A stretch of 64,000 nt of DNA, taken from assembly GCA_973895155.1 (NCBI GenBank), contig OZ316896.1:8949539-9013538 (forward strand), in the 5' to 3' direction. Below the pieces are notes generated by a model, which saw only the letters and a program-made list of their open reading frames with translations, searched no databases and was not told the DNA's origin. Below, in pieces: positions 25,864-38,807 of the stretch. The position numbers and the translations under genes were made by a program. The first letter of the stretch is position 1. The number at the start of each line of letters is the position of its first letter. Source of the DNA: Marsupella aquatica. Taxonomy: Eukaryota > Plantae > Marchantiophyta.

Positions 25864-28800
25864 TTAAATAGACAATAAGACTTGTCTAAACTTGAGTTCT
25901 CTGGCTTTGAGTTCTCGTGCTTTGAAACTCTCAGGAGGTTTATCTTTTGCTGGTCCCACATAATCCACTGTTGCCTCCAACTCACATGCCACATTTCGAT
26001 ATTCTGGTGGAACGTGCTCTCTCCATATTGATAAAGGCCAAAACCCGTATTCCAAGTTGTGTGCACCGTCAGGTTCATATTGCACCTGCTCACCCTGTAG
26101 AGTATCTACAATGTCATTCCAATAATTGATGAGAGTTGTCCAACGTCGCTTTGGTTCTTCCTCTTTTGTTCGCTTTAGAATAAACTCAAAGAATGAGACA
26201 TGCTTCTTCAACCCTGTCAGCACTTCAGGAAGCATTTTCAACTCCATCATTGGTAGCCGTTTGGGCACCCCAATTGGGATGTGAGGACTTTTGTCATCTT
26301 TCCATGACCACATTTCAATACCTTCCTTGGGTAACCATCCCTGATCAGTTGACTTCATTTTGTATTGGAAGCATGGCATACTATCATGACAAACATAGAA
26401 CCTAAACAGCCTGGGTTTTAAATGCCCCACCAATGCCTCAGGGCCCTTCAACATGAATGGAGCTAAGTAGCTTTTGAAATCCGGGACCTCCTGTAGAAAA
26501 TGTGGGACTGCATTGGGTGTCCTTGCTCTCATGAACAAGGACATTAACTCAGGCAATGAGTATGTGGGGTTATGCATCATAGACTCTGAAAAATGCCCAA
26601 ACATACCGTCAACGTCCTCATGAGTATGCCCAACCACCATAAAACCAAGATGAACCTCTTCAAACACCTCCCTTGCTGTCAACAATGACAAATAAGCCAT
26701 CATATATCTGTTCTTGTTGTCTGAGGCACAATTATCCAGTTATAACTTCAATACTCGTGGAAGGGGCCTGAACTTTGGTGCCTCAAGTGCTGCATCACAA
26801 TGTAACAATCTCAGAATGCTTTTAAATAAAACCCTAGTCAGACCCTAAACCCAATTTAGGGTTTAAACCCTATTAATGAAACCTTGGCTAGGAGGAGCAA
26901 CAACTACACAAAGTAGAGTGTCAGTGTGTGTGAGCTTATATTATTAAATAATAATAAATTAAAGGATTGTGAGTAAAGTACCTAGGCTTGAGATGTAGGC
27001 AATGTCATCCTCAAATGCTCTAAGGACACTTGCCTCCAAGATATCTTTTCTCCCAAAAAGGAGGTCTTTAAAAAGACTTGTCGAGTCTGGCCCCTCCACA
27101 AGTGATTTGATCATTGGATTTGGGTTTTCCAACATCCTTAGTATTGAATCAATTGACCCAATAGTGATGTTGACATCACCTGGCCACACTCCAACATGAT
27201 ATTGGGCTATGGCCTTGGGACCATGACCATGAGTAAGGATACCAGTGACAGTAATTGGGAACTTTTGGGCACCATCCACATGCTTAGGATTGAAGGGCAT
27301 TCTTGGGAGAGCTGTCTTTGAATGATCCATCTTATCATGAATAAGGCATAACACTTCCTTGGGACGATGGATGGACTCATATCTCCAGGTATGATAACAC
27401 ATTCTTTGCTGTGTGTGGTCTTGGTGATGTTCCTCCTCGTCACGCCTTAGGCCCTCTAACTCTTCCTTAGCTCCTGTAAGGTTTGCTTTCCGTTGAAGCA
27501 ACTCACTACAAGTTGTACACTTTGAAAAGTTGTTGCCCTTTTTGTGACGCGAGAACTCCCTGAAATACATCTGATGTAGATGACTCAAGGTGGGTTGGGA
27601 AATTGGAGGAAGACCAGCCTCCTTGTTGACAACATTAACCCTGTTTCTAATATTCTCCCAAGTAAGATTCGTTGGCAATTCCCTCAAAACCATCCTTGTA
27701 TTATCTGCCATGGTTCTCAACTTGGCTGGATGATGATCAGCTGCCTCCTCAATAATCTCTTTCATTGACATGAATGCTTGAGATACTTTCTCGGACATAC
27801 GCCTTTTTCCAACATTACCATGGGTACCTATGTTCATTCCAGCCATCACAGTCTTCTTCAAGGCATAAAATTGAGTCTTTCCTCTTGAATGAATGATTCT
27901 CCATGCCTCCAAGCACAATACTTTGCCCTCCACTGCTAGAATCCTTTCTCCAGTACCCAAGTGTATTGTATTTTTAATAGCCTTGATTTCCTCCTCCTTG
28001 CGCTTCACAAAAGATTTTGACCACCACTTTTGCCTAATTGCCATAGCCAAGTTGCGGTCCAAATATTGGCAACAATGTTCACTACAACAGTCCTTAGTGT
28101 TTATCAACAACACATCTTGACGCGCCAAAGATGTGTCTCTTCTAGATGTCTGGGAAGATGGACTCTTTCTTTTCCTACTTTTATGGACGTAGGACCGCTT
28201 GCCACTTGTTGGAGATGTGTTCCCTCCCACAGCTTGCCTGATGTTGTGGAAAGACAACAAGTTGCCATCCTTGGCAATGAGTTGGTCCATCGACCAAGCT
28301 TTTAAGCAATCTCTATGCTTCAGATGATCTATGGTAGCTCCCTCTACAAAATTGTTGATCAGAATTCCCACATGTGTATTCCCAAGGGTGACATCCCCAA
28401 GCTTCACTATAGGATCTAGAACATGTATAGTTGCCACTGCAAAAATCAACTTGTTCTCATCCACCACCTTTACAGGCATGCCCATCCACAAGGCCTTTGG
28501 TAAAACTACTTCCACACCAGACCGACTCTCATTATGGTTGTTCCCATCAGAATTTTGATTGACTGGATCTTGATCATCACCAACATTGCCAAACACATCC
28601 TCCGATTCCATGGGAGCTCGAAAAAGCTGATTCCTTTCCCATACAAGGTAACCCCCAATCATGTCCTTCAAAAGTTCGCCATCTTCGCATAGAATGGCCT
28701 CGTCAAAAACTTCCTCCAATAGAAGAAGAACTCTGTCCGCCCCAAGAGGAACATTGTGACAAACCCTGGAAGGATCAAGACTTATCATGCGACCTTTTCC

Positions 28801-28869
28801 AACCTGTTTCTCACGTATGCCTATAATAACTTGTCCGCCTTCCCTGATCTAGACTGTCGATGTCACCAT
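25864..28869 (-). pseudogene. DDD transposase, DUF7869/Sola-like (element A); one intron, premature stops, C-terminus truncated
   Basis: Motifs LIHDKMD, L*LDNCASDNKN, FMVVGHTHEDVD..F, CC..C and CTTC Zn-like motifs, and two N-terminal Tnp1/En-Spm-like repeats. Intron ~26981-26790 restores the frame. Stops at 28849-51 and 26740-42. Confidence 0.8.
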
Positions 28870-29890
28870 AATAATTATGATCCTGCACATCAGAGAATAT
28901 CACTGTAAGCGTACAGTCCTGTCACGTCCGTCAACTTCACTGCACTATCCTGTCACGTCGGTCAACAAGCAAAATGTAGTCAATGCACTGAACTGCACGC
29001 GACTGGTCGCGTGACCCTAGAGGTACCACACATACCGGCAATGACTACAATCGATTACGATCAATCATTTCACATCCACTCAGAAAAAATGAGTGGACAG
29101 TACCAGTTTACCAATGAGTGGACACTGGACAGTCAGTAACTACTGAGGACTGTAAGCAATAAGCGCCAGTAAAACGTCCGTGAACTGCATTGTCCTGTCA
29201 CGACCATCAACAAGTAAGCAGAATGAAGTCAATGCACTGTCCTGCATGCGACTAGTCGCGTGACCTTAGTCAGAGGGTGTAGGGATAATAGGGTCTACGA
29301 CATAGAAGCTAGAAGCCTAGGCCCAAACTCTAGCTCGTACTTGGTACTTCAGAAGTAAGATACGATTGCGCATGAGACAGTAAGATACAATTACAGATCT
29401 GAAGGCATCACACATAGTTACCGACAACAGATTATGCATGGTCAGTCAGTCATTTCAAGTGAATGAGAATGACTACAATTGATTACGAACAATCATTTCA
29501 ATTCCACTCAGAAAAAATGAGTGGACAGTACCAGTTTACCAATGAGTGGACACCGGACAGTCAGTAACTACTGACCCTCATAAGCAATCTCAGTACTTCA
29601 CTAGCAATCAGTATTCCCGGGGCGGTCGCCAAACGTGAAATTAAATGCAAAAATTGGAGGGCAACTGAACTTCCCGCCAATTCTAATACGCGCCAGTCAA
29701 ACGCGCACTCTCTTCTAGAAACCACTATGTACAGTGACTAGTGGAGACTAAACAGTATAAAGCATTGAGATGATCCCTACTGCTCATTCCCCCACGAATT
29801 CCACTTTCTGGCTACTGGATAATCTATTCGCACATCAGCTCTCTCATTTCCAATTCTTAGTCTCGGTCCGCATCCCTTGTTTGAAGGGCG

Positions 29891-30433
29891 ATGACTACTC
29901 CGCTGAGCTCAAAGAATGAGGATTTTCCGACGGATGATTCAGAAGATTCGACGTATCGAATTCGTGGTACTCCTTATAGAACGTGTCAGCGATGTAATAT
30001 AATGTTTACGGTGACTAAATCGGGTCAAATGTTTTGTGAGAGACGCCATTGTTCGCCACATTTGTCAATGGAAGATCAGATGGAGAGCAATCCGACAGAG
30101 ATGACTACAAAGATGGCACCAGGGGAGAAGTTAAAGGGCAAAGCCCTCGTCAAATCCGTTTCGGGGGGGGAGAAGTTGAAGGACAAAGCATGCGTCGAAT
30201 ACATTTCGGGTGAAGCAGCAGCAAACGCTAACACAGTCAAGAAGGAGGCCAAGAAAGTGGACGCTCCAAAGAAAAGGCAATTAGAGATGAACGAAGATTC
30301 TGATTTGTATTATAGAAAGAGCAAGCCGAGAAAATCTATGGACGTTAGGACTTGGGCAAAGGAAGAATTCCTGGATTCAAGGGAATCCACACCAGACACC
30401 GATGAGTGGATGCCTTCATCTTGGAATGACTGA
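29891..30433 (+). CDS. Hypothetical 180-aa element protein with Cys/His cluster (CQRC...CERRHC)
   Basis: Intact ATG-TGA ORF, TATA-like TATAAA at ~29756, basic K/R-rich C-terminus. Confidence 0.5.
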   Translation: MTTPLSSKNEDFPTDDSEDSTYRIRGTPYRTCQRCNIMFTVTKSGQMFCERRHCSPHLSMEDQMESNPTEMTTKMAPGEKLKGKALVKSVSGGEKLKDKACVEYISGEAAANANTVKKEAKKVDAPKKRQLEMNEDSDLYYRKSKPRKSMDVRTWAKEEFLDSRESTPDTDEWMPSSWND

Positions 30434-30679
30434 CTCGATCGAAGTCTACAATATTTTGAGTATTCGAAGATTAGATCTACAGATTCAAGAGTAGTTCAAG
30501 TTAGAACTTGTTATAGATACTGTGTAGCTTAATTTCGTCCCATGGAAAATAGTGTTCGAAAGACCAGGTCAGTTAAATTCCTGGATAGTGCTAGTGGATA
30601 TGGATTCCACATCCGAAGTCCTTCGGGACCGATGTAACCATTTTAGCAATCAAGGAAAAATCTTCCACGAGATTCCTCT

Positions 30680-32400
30680 GGCCTCTAAAACATTAACGCG
30701 ACCAGGCGAAGACGTTGGTTTTAAATTAGATTGCTGGCCAATTCTTTGGGCTATCGACTACAATAAACAATATAAAAAAGACCTGAGATAAATTGGTTCA
30801 CGCGACTGTACGCGTGATGAAGTACATGTGTAACCGAAAAAAGAGGTCATCCAACTAACAAGTTGAGATCAGTCAAATCTAAGAAATAAAGCGCGATTAC
30901 GTTTAAGAGTGCAAAGCTTTCGATGACCTCTAAAACATTAACGCGACCGGGCGCGTCATGATACAAAGACGTTGGTTTTAGAATAGATTTCTGGCCAATT
31001 TTCTAGGCTGTCGACTACAATAAACAATACATAAAAAACCTGAGATAAATTGGTTCACGCGACTTTGCGCGTGATGAACTACATGTGTAACCAAAAAAAC
31101 AGGTCATCCAACTAACAAGTTGAGATCAGTCAGATCTCAGAAATAAAGCGCGATTACGTTTAAGAGGGCAAAGCTTTCGATGACCTCTAAAACATTAACG
31201 CGACCGGGCGCGTGATGATACGAAGACGTTGGTCTTAGAATAGATTTTTGGCCAATTTTCTAGGCTGTCGACTACAATAATCAATACATAAATTGGTTCA
31301 CGCGACTGTGCGCGTGATGAACTACATGTGTAACCGAAAAAACAGGTCATCCAACTAACAAGTTGAGATCAGTCAGATCTCAAAAATAAAGCGCGATTAC
31401 ATTTAAGAGGGCAGACCTTTCGATGACCTCTAAAACATTAACGCGACCGGGCGCGTGATGATACGAAGACGTTGGTCTTAGAGTAGATTGCTGGCCAATT
31501 TGCTAGGCTGTCGACTACAATAATCAATACATAAATTGTTTCACGCGACTGTGCGCGTGATGAACTACATGTGTACCCAAAAAAATAGGTCATCCAACTA
31601 ACAAGTTGAGATCATTCAGATCTCAGAAATAAAGCGCGATTACGTTTAAGAGGGCAGAGCTTTCGATGACCTCTAAAACATTAACGCGACCGGGCGCATG
31701 ATGATACGAAGACGTTGGTTTTAGAATAGATTGCTGGCCAATTTTCTAGGCTGTCGACTACAATAATCAATACATAAATTGGTTCACGTGACTGTGCGCG
31801 TGATGAACTACATGTGTAACCAAAAAAACAGGTCATCCAACTAACAAGTTGAGATCAGTCAGATCTCAGAAATAAAGCGCGATTACGTTTAAGAGGGCAA
31901 AGCTTTCGATGACCTCTAAAACATTAACGCGACCGGGCGCGTGATGATACGAAGACGTTGGTTTTAGAATAGATTGCTGGCTAATTTGCTAGGCTGTCGA
32001 CTACAATAATCAATATAAAAAAGACCTGAGATAAATTGGTTCACGCGACTGTGCGCGTGATGAACTACATGTGTAACCAAAAAAACAGGTCATCCAACTA
32101 ACAAGTTGAGATCAGTCAGATCTCAGAAATAAAGCGCGATTACGTTTAAGAGGGCAGAGCTTTCGATGACCTCTAAAACATTAATGCGACCGGGCGCGTG
32201 ATGATACGAAGACATTGGTTTTAGAATAGATTTCTGGCCAATTTTCTAGGCTGTCGACAACAATATAAAAAATACCTGAGATAAATTGGTTCACGCGACT
32301 GTGCGCGTGATGAACTACATGTGTAACTGAAAAATCAGGTCATCCTCCTAACTAGTTGAGATCAGCTGGATCTGAGAAATGGACCTCGATTACGTTTCGT
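30680..32400. repeat. Tandem array 1 of element A: ~7 units of ~243-257 bp, two ACGCG-N6-CGCGT palindromes per unit
   Basis: CTCTAAAACATTAACGCGACC recurs at ~30683, 30928, 31184, 31428, 31671, 31914 and 32171. Confidence 0.95.
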
Positions 32401-33859
32401 TTCGCTACGCCGTCGACTACAATAAACAATACCAAAACGTACGGACAACTATAATTGAACGCCATACAATTTTAGACTAGAGAATTCATTCGGATCCTCT
32501 ACTAGTACTTCTGATACATTGCTTCTATATTGGACTTGAAACACGGATTGATCAAAATCGGAGTGTGGAATTGGACCATAACTTCATTGACTCAATTCAT
32601 GCATTGAATGCGTGATTTAAGGCAACTATTCTCCTCATTTATTGCGGAATTAATGCTCATTGATACTTACAAGCTATTCAGTTGCGTGTGGACTCAACGA
32701 TGTTGGCGGCAACCCTCCTCCCAGCAAAGCCTCTTCCTTCCAGCGTAGCCTCCTCCTCGTCCCAGCAAACTAATCCTCCTCCTTCGAACTCCAATTTCCT
32801 TGAGTATCATGACCGAATCCCACCACCAGAGAATGAAACCTTGTTGATCGTATCGAGATCAAAATCCTTGACCAGACAGTGATTTCAGACTAGCCGCACT
32901 TTGTTGGTCCGCTAGAATGCTTCGATGAATGAGGCAGACTGGAGGTTCTAAATCTTTTGTCGTCCCGCTTGATCGGATGTGCCCTCCCCAAGAATGGGAT
33001 ACAATAAGAACTGCGCCAGCGTTGCTTGAATGAGCTTCGCCTCCGCCTGGAATAGACGAATGATCCAATATGCTCCACCTCAAATGTGCCTTGGATCAGC
33101 CTCCACTGAGAGCCCAGCTAGTATCCTGGTCAGGAGAAACTGAAAATGAAGAATGATCCGTGAGCAATGAGATCAGTCTATTGACTCCATGAGGGATGTG
33201 TTCATCTTGACTCGATTTTGATTTTGAAAATTGGTTCAGTCTCCAGTCGTGAGAATCATTGTACAGGATTTGGCACGATAGCTTCTTGAGTTTTGAATTG
33301 AGTTGCTATTCAACGCGCGAATAATCATACGGATCCGGTGTTCTCCACTTCCAAAATGGATTGATTTTGAATATCGGTTCTCCCCGACCATGAGAATCGT
33401 TTGACGTTGTTTAGAGTTTGGGTTTGAATTGGCAAGATAGAGAGTGGAGTACGGATCCGGATCCGACGGTCTCCACTACCAAAATGGAATGATTTTGAAG
33501 TTCGCCTCACTCCGATCGTGAGAAACTTGTCGTTTGTTCAGATTTTGGATTTGAATTGGCAGATATAGTGAAGATACGGATCCGGATCCGGGGGTCTCCA
33601 CTAACAATCTATCGCAGTCGCATAATTACCGGTTTAAATTTCAAATTGGCGATCAAATAGAAATCTCCTTTACCGGAATCCTTTTGATTTTCCGTACTAA
33701 TCTTTTTTTCACGATTGCATAGTTTGTTGAGTCGTTGGTGGAGTGTACGGAGATCATCTGGAACCTTCCTGTCGCTAGGCTGTTATTAGGGTTATGCTAA
33801 AACGATACCCTAATTAGTCGTTCCTTAGTGTTGGCGCCCACGGTCTCGAGTTCACTGTT

Positions 33860-34740
33860 CATTGTTGTTGATTCTCTCTCCTAGACTTTCGCACGCCTGC
33901 TCTCATCGCTCTCGCTCTCGCTCTCGCTCTCACTCTCGCTCTCGCTCTCGCTCTCGCTCTCGCTCTCACTCTCGCTCTCGCTCTCGCTCTCGCTCTCGCT
34001 CTCGCTCTCGCTCTCGCTCCTGCCCTGGATTTCATTTTCATCGTTGCAGCTCGTTCGTTATGGTCAGGTGCTGGTCGGCGCGTTGCAGCTCTTAGTAGTT
34101 GTCGATCGTTTCGGTCAGGAGCTCGTTGGCACGTTGCAGCTCGCATTTACAGCTCGTATTCACTTCTAGTTTGCTCGAAGGGATTCTTAGGAGCTCGTTG
34201 GGTTTGTTGCAGCTAGTTTGTTGGGAGTGTTCGTATCAGCTCATGTCAGCCAATTTTAAGCTCATATCAACTCCATCAACGTGTTTCAACAGATCGAACT
34301 ACTTTTTGGCAGCTTGTTTCAGCTCCTTTCATTCATCATTCAGGTTTGTTTCAGCTCTTTCAATCTTCAGGTTTAGTGCGCTTTTATTCATGCTCAGTTT
34401 GTCTATCGACAACTTTGATTGTACTTCAGGAATAATCTTTTTAACTCGACATAATGAGTTCCATAGCATTAAGCACATGTTATTCAATTGGCAGCAGCGA
34501 AGCTCTATATAGAAGCTGTGTTATTGTTGCTTAGCATATTTACTTTCTGGAATGCCGCAGCAAGGTCTTCAAGTGCTTGGACGTCAATCTCTCAAACGAT
34601 TACAACACTTTTTCAGAATTCAGGTGCAATTTCTACATTTTCTGTTGGTGTTGATTGTTGTTTGCTAAAATTTCTCTTGATTGTTAAGCTGAGTTTGTCT
34701 GTAAACTCAAATATGTCTGAATCATACAAACTCACTAATT
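33860..34740 (-). pseudogene. Degenerate coiled-coil ORF ending in a (GAGCGA)n Glu-Arg microsatellite
   Basis: (CTCGCT)n at ~33905-34020 on the + strand. The minus strand upstream reads as E/K/L/Q-rich helical sequence with many stops. Confidence 0.4.
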
Positions 34741-35149
34741 AAAATACAACCTGAATTGTATTAAGTAAGTCATTACAAACCTGCACGCTGTGAAATTTAA
34801 TCATATAAACTCTCATGTTATGTGAATCTCATTACACTGAATCATTTAATTGACGAATACAACCAGTAGACTGCTAAATTGAATCATCTTAGCTGAATCA
34901 TTCTCTAAACTGAATTCCATGCAATCTGAAAACTTCTGATATATAATAGTTTCACAATGACAGAGCTCAAACATCTGAGTTATTGTAAAGTTCACGAATG
35001 AATACTAGTGTGCTTGAATCATTCAATAAATGCATCATTGCACTTTTCTAGTTCAAAAACTCATGCTTACTCGGATTTCCCTGTCCGTACGGGTCAGTAA
35101 TCACAGTTGTATCACTGTATTATCCTAGTGTCCAAAAGTGGTTTGAGCT

Positions 35150-36905
35150 GTTGACGCGACCAGTCGCGTGAGAAGATTGTGAGGTTCCATTTTAGGGTCA
35201 GTTGACGCGACCAGTTGCGTCTGAGGGAGCTCTCTCATTGACTGGTTCCGTTAGAGGAGGTATGGTTCCATTTAGGACCAGTCGCGTGTGAAGGAGACAT
35301 GATAGATTATTGAGCGCGTTTAGGGTTTAGGTTCAGTTGACGCGACCAGTCGCGTGTGAGGTAGCTCTCTCATTGACTTGTTCTGTTAGAGGTATGGTTC
35401 CATTTAGGATCAGTTGACGCGACCAGTCGCGTGTGAGAAGGAGAGGATAGATTATTGAGCGCGTACCATATCCAAATCTCCACAAGGAAGGTTCAGTTGA
35501 TATAGTTGTTTAGGTTTAGTTGATACGACCAGTCGCGTGTGAGGTAGCTCTCTCATTGACTGGTTCTGTTAGAGGTATGGTTCCATTTAGGATAAGTTGA
35601 CGCCACCAGTCGCGTGTGAGTAGGAAACAGGATAGATTATTGAGCGCGTATCATATCCAAATCTCCACAAGGAAGGTTCAGTGGATATAGTTGTTTAGGT
35701 TTAGTTGACGCGACCAGTCGCGTCTGAGGTAGGTCTCATTGACTGGTTCTGTTAGAGGTATGGTTCCATTTAGGATCAGTTGACGCGACCAGTCGCGTGT
35801 GAGAAGGAGAGGATAGATTATTGAGCAAGTACCATATCCAAATCTCCACAAGGAAGGTTCAGTTGATATAGTTGTTTAGGTTCAGTTGACGCGACCAGTC
35901 GCGTGTGAGGTAGCTCTCTCATTGACTAGTTCTGTTAGAGGAGGTAAGGTTCCATTTAGGATCAGTTGACGCGACCAGTCGCGTGTGAGAAGGAAACAGG
36001 ATAGATTATTGAGCGCGTATCATATCCAAATCTTCACAAGGGCGGTTCAGTGGATATAGTTGTTTAGGTTTAGTTGACGCGACCAGTCGCGTCTGAGGTA
36101 GGTCTCATTGACTGGTTCTGTTAGAGGTATGGTTCCATTTAGGATCAGTTGACGCGACCAGTCGCGTGTGAGAAGGAGGATAGATTATTGAGCGAGTACC
36201 ATATCCAAATCTCCACAAGGAAGGTTCAGTTGATATAGTTGTTTAGGTTCAGTTGACGCGACCAGTCGCGTGTGAGGTAGCTCTCTCATTGACTGGTTCT
36301 GTTAGAGGAGGTAAGGTTCCATTTAGGATCAGTTGACGCGACCAGTTGCGTGTGAGAAGGAAACAGGATAGATTATTGAGCGAGTATCATATCCAAATCT
36401 CCACAAGGGCGGTTCAGTGGATATAGTTGTTTAGGTTTAGTTGACGCGACCAATCGCGTCTGAGGTAGATCTCATTGACCGGTTCTGTTAGAGGTATGGT
36501 TCCATTTAGGATCAGTTGACGCGACCAGTCGCGTGTGAGAAGGAGGATAGATTATTGAGCGAGTACCATATCCAAATCTCCACAAGGAAGGTTCAGTTGA
36601 TATAGTTGTTTAGGTTCAGTTGACGCGACCAGTCGCGTGTGAGGTAGCTCTCTCATTGACTGGTTCTGTTAGAGGAGGTAAGGTTCCATTTAGGATCAGT
36701 TGACGCGACCAGTTGCGTGTGAGAAGGAAACAGGATAGATTATTGAGCGAGTATCATATCCAAATCTCCACAAGGGCGGTTCAGTGGATATAGTTGTTTA
36801 GGTTTAGTTGACGCGACCAATCGCGTCTGAGGTAGATCTCATTGACCGGTTCTGTTAGAGGTATGGTTCCATTTAGGATCAGTTGACGCGACCAGTCGCG
36901 TCTCT
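35150..36905. repeat. Tandem array 2 of element A: ~180-bp units (higher-order ~360-bp dimer) with ~20 ACGCGACCAGTCGCGT palindromes
   Basis: GTTGACGCGACCAGTCGCGT recurs at alternating ~75 and ~105 bp spacing. Confidence 0.95.
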
Positions 36906-36984
36906 CTCATTGACTGGTTCACGTGACCCAAAAAATCACAATCTCCAAAAGAATTGTTCAGTAGACGCGACCAGTCCATTTGGC

Positions 36985-37536
36985 ATGGGGGAACCTAGTC
37001 TGGAGAGCTTCAGATATCTATGCCCAATATTTGACGTTTTGGACAGAAGCCAAGATGGTCTACTGGCGGGATATTCTGTATTTGTTGAAAGACTACTACC
37101 TGGACTTCCAGATTTCATTGTCGCGGAATTGATATGGCCTCGCACCAAGGAGTCCTTGAATTCCTCGGCTAATGCAGGAAATTTCTCAATAAAGGAATTG
37201 GATGAGTTTGTAGGACTATCTTCGGTATGTCGTAGATGGCGCCACCTTGTTGGGAATACCTATCTTCTGGGTGTAATCAAGTTGAGTTTATTAGATTTGG
37301 CTTCCCCAGGAAATCCTAGTAAACCGATCCAAAATGAGTCTCTCTCATCGACAGTTCAAAGTTTCTTCCAGAAATACCCAAGAATTAAATTTATGGGGTC
37401 AATGTCCAGAGATCTAAGGGAACTCTTCACGAAGACTTATGATGCTCTTCACCCTCTTGAAAAATGGAAATTTACAGTCAGATGCCACGAAGTTGGATAC
37501 CTTGAGGGTGACATCTATGCTTTTAAGGAATTCTAG
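36985..37536 (+). CDS. F-box-like protein 1 (cargo)
   Basis: LLPGLPDFIVAELIWP ... SSVCRRWRHLV. Confidence 0.6.
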   Translation: MGEPSLESFRYLCPIFDVLDRSQDGLLAGYSVFVERLLPGLPDFIVAELIWPRTKESLNSSANAGNFSIKELDEFVGLSSVCRRWRHLVGNTYLLGVIKLSLLDLASPGNPSKPIQNESLSSTVQSFFQKYPRIKFMGSMSRDLRELFTKTYDALHPLEKWKFTVRCHEVGYLEGDIYAFKEF

Positions 37537-37600
37537 TTAACTTACGTGACCAAGCGCGTCGTATGTCTTCTAACAATGTTTTGTATATGATAAAAGCAGG

Positions 37601-38125
37601 ATGAGCCAACTTTTGAATGAGGCTCGAGATTTCCTTTCATCTCATGAAAGGAAACAAAAAACAATATGGGATACGCTGGATGAAACCTCCTCTAGTCTCA
37701 TTGGAGGAATACCAGATGTTTTGGTCATTTCAAACATTTGGCCAATACTCTACAAACACTTTATTTCAATTGAAGAATTGCCTGGATATCGACACCCCGA
37801 GATTGATTTGGTTATGGATAGGGTCCAAGACCTTATTCGGCTTGGAGCTTGTAGCAAGAAGTGGAACTTTTTAGTTACAAATACAAGGTTATGGGCTATC
37901 CTCAAACAAGCAAACCGGATTGTCGATGTCGCAAATGATGCTCTTTACGACATACCCAAAACTGACAAGTTGGAGTTTGACTCAGTCTGTTGAGCTATTC
38001 GACAGGATATTTCTATGCTTCCAGAAATATATGTTCTTGGGACTACTACTTCTGACAAAATCTCATTGTTTACCAACAAATATAACAATTTAGATGAGGA
38101 AGAACGAGATGTCCTAATCGAAAGG
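37601..38125 (+). pseudogene. F-box-like protein 2 (premature TGA at 37991)
   Basis: LIGGIPDVLVISNIWP ... ACSKKW. Similarity to paralog 3 continues past the stop (ISMLPEIYVLGG vs IRTLPPLDILGG). Confidence 0.6.
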
Positions 38126-38201
38126 TTTGGTAGATTTTCTCAGAATCTCTGTGGTCCCAGTTCTTAATTGATAGGTTCTTGTTCTTAATCTTTTCCATAT
38201 T

Positions 38202-38732
38202 ATGTTGCAGTCCTTTGACATGAATCGAAAATCTCATCGTCAAATGATGATGGAGCGCATTGCACGTGCAAAGGTTATGAACCGAAATATGATATGGAGT
38301 CAAGCTGAAGACCTGATACCCGGTCTTCCGGACGATATTGTCGAGAAATATATTTGGCCATTAGTCAAAGAGTTTTTCCACTGTCTTGGGAATTTGTCGG
38401 ATAATGCGATTAAAAATCGGGTCATGGACTTGATCGCCATTCGGACAGTCAGTAAGAAGTGGTGCCACATAGTTACTTATAGTAGTACTTGGGCGACGGT
38501 CACCTTGGTAGCTTACGACTTCACTGATAGACCAGGATATGAATCGCTTCGAAGGTATTTGACTTCACGGAATGTAGCATTCAGATTTATAGAATCCATC
38601 AGAACTCTCCCGCCGCTGGACATTCTGGGTGGATTTGTAGGATTTGAACTTGACACGTTTAGGAACCTTTGGTTTTGGTTAGATGAAGATGAGCGAAAGG
38701 ATTGGGTCAAGGAAAACATTCCTAAAATGTAA
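38202..38732 (+). CDS. F-box-like protein 3 (cargo)
   Basis: LIPGLPDDIVEKYIWP ... RTVSKKW. Confidence 0.65.
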   Translation: MLQSFDMNRKSHRQMMMERIARAKVMNRNMIWSQAEDLIPGLPDDIVEKYIWPLVKEFFHCLGNLSDNAIKNRVMDLIAIRTVSKKWCHIVTYSSTWATVTLVAYDFTDRPGYESLRRYLTSRNVAFRFIESIRTLPPLDILGGFVGFELDTFRNLWFWLDEDERKDWVKENIPKM

Positions 38733-38807
38733 TTCGGCACGACGCGACCATGCGCGTGTTAGTATTTTATAATAAATGTTTAACTTTCAATATTTGTCTA
38801 TTTCAGA

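Noticed and set aside
33859-34146. ORFs with RS or RA dipeptide repeats (SR-protein-like)
   Set aside because: Translation artefacts of a (CTCGCT)n microsatellite; no RRM.
35150-36905. CRISPR-like appearance of regularly spaced palindromic repeats (also 59770-60205)
   Set aside because: The intervening sequences are themselves repeated rather than unique spacers, there are no cas genes, and the context is eukaryotic.
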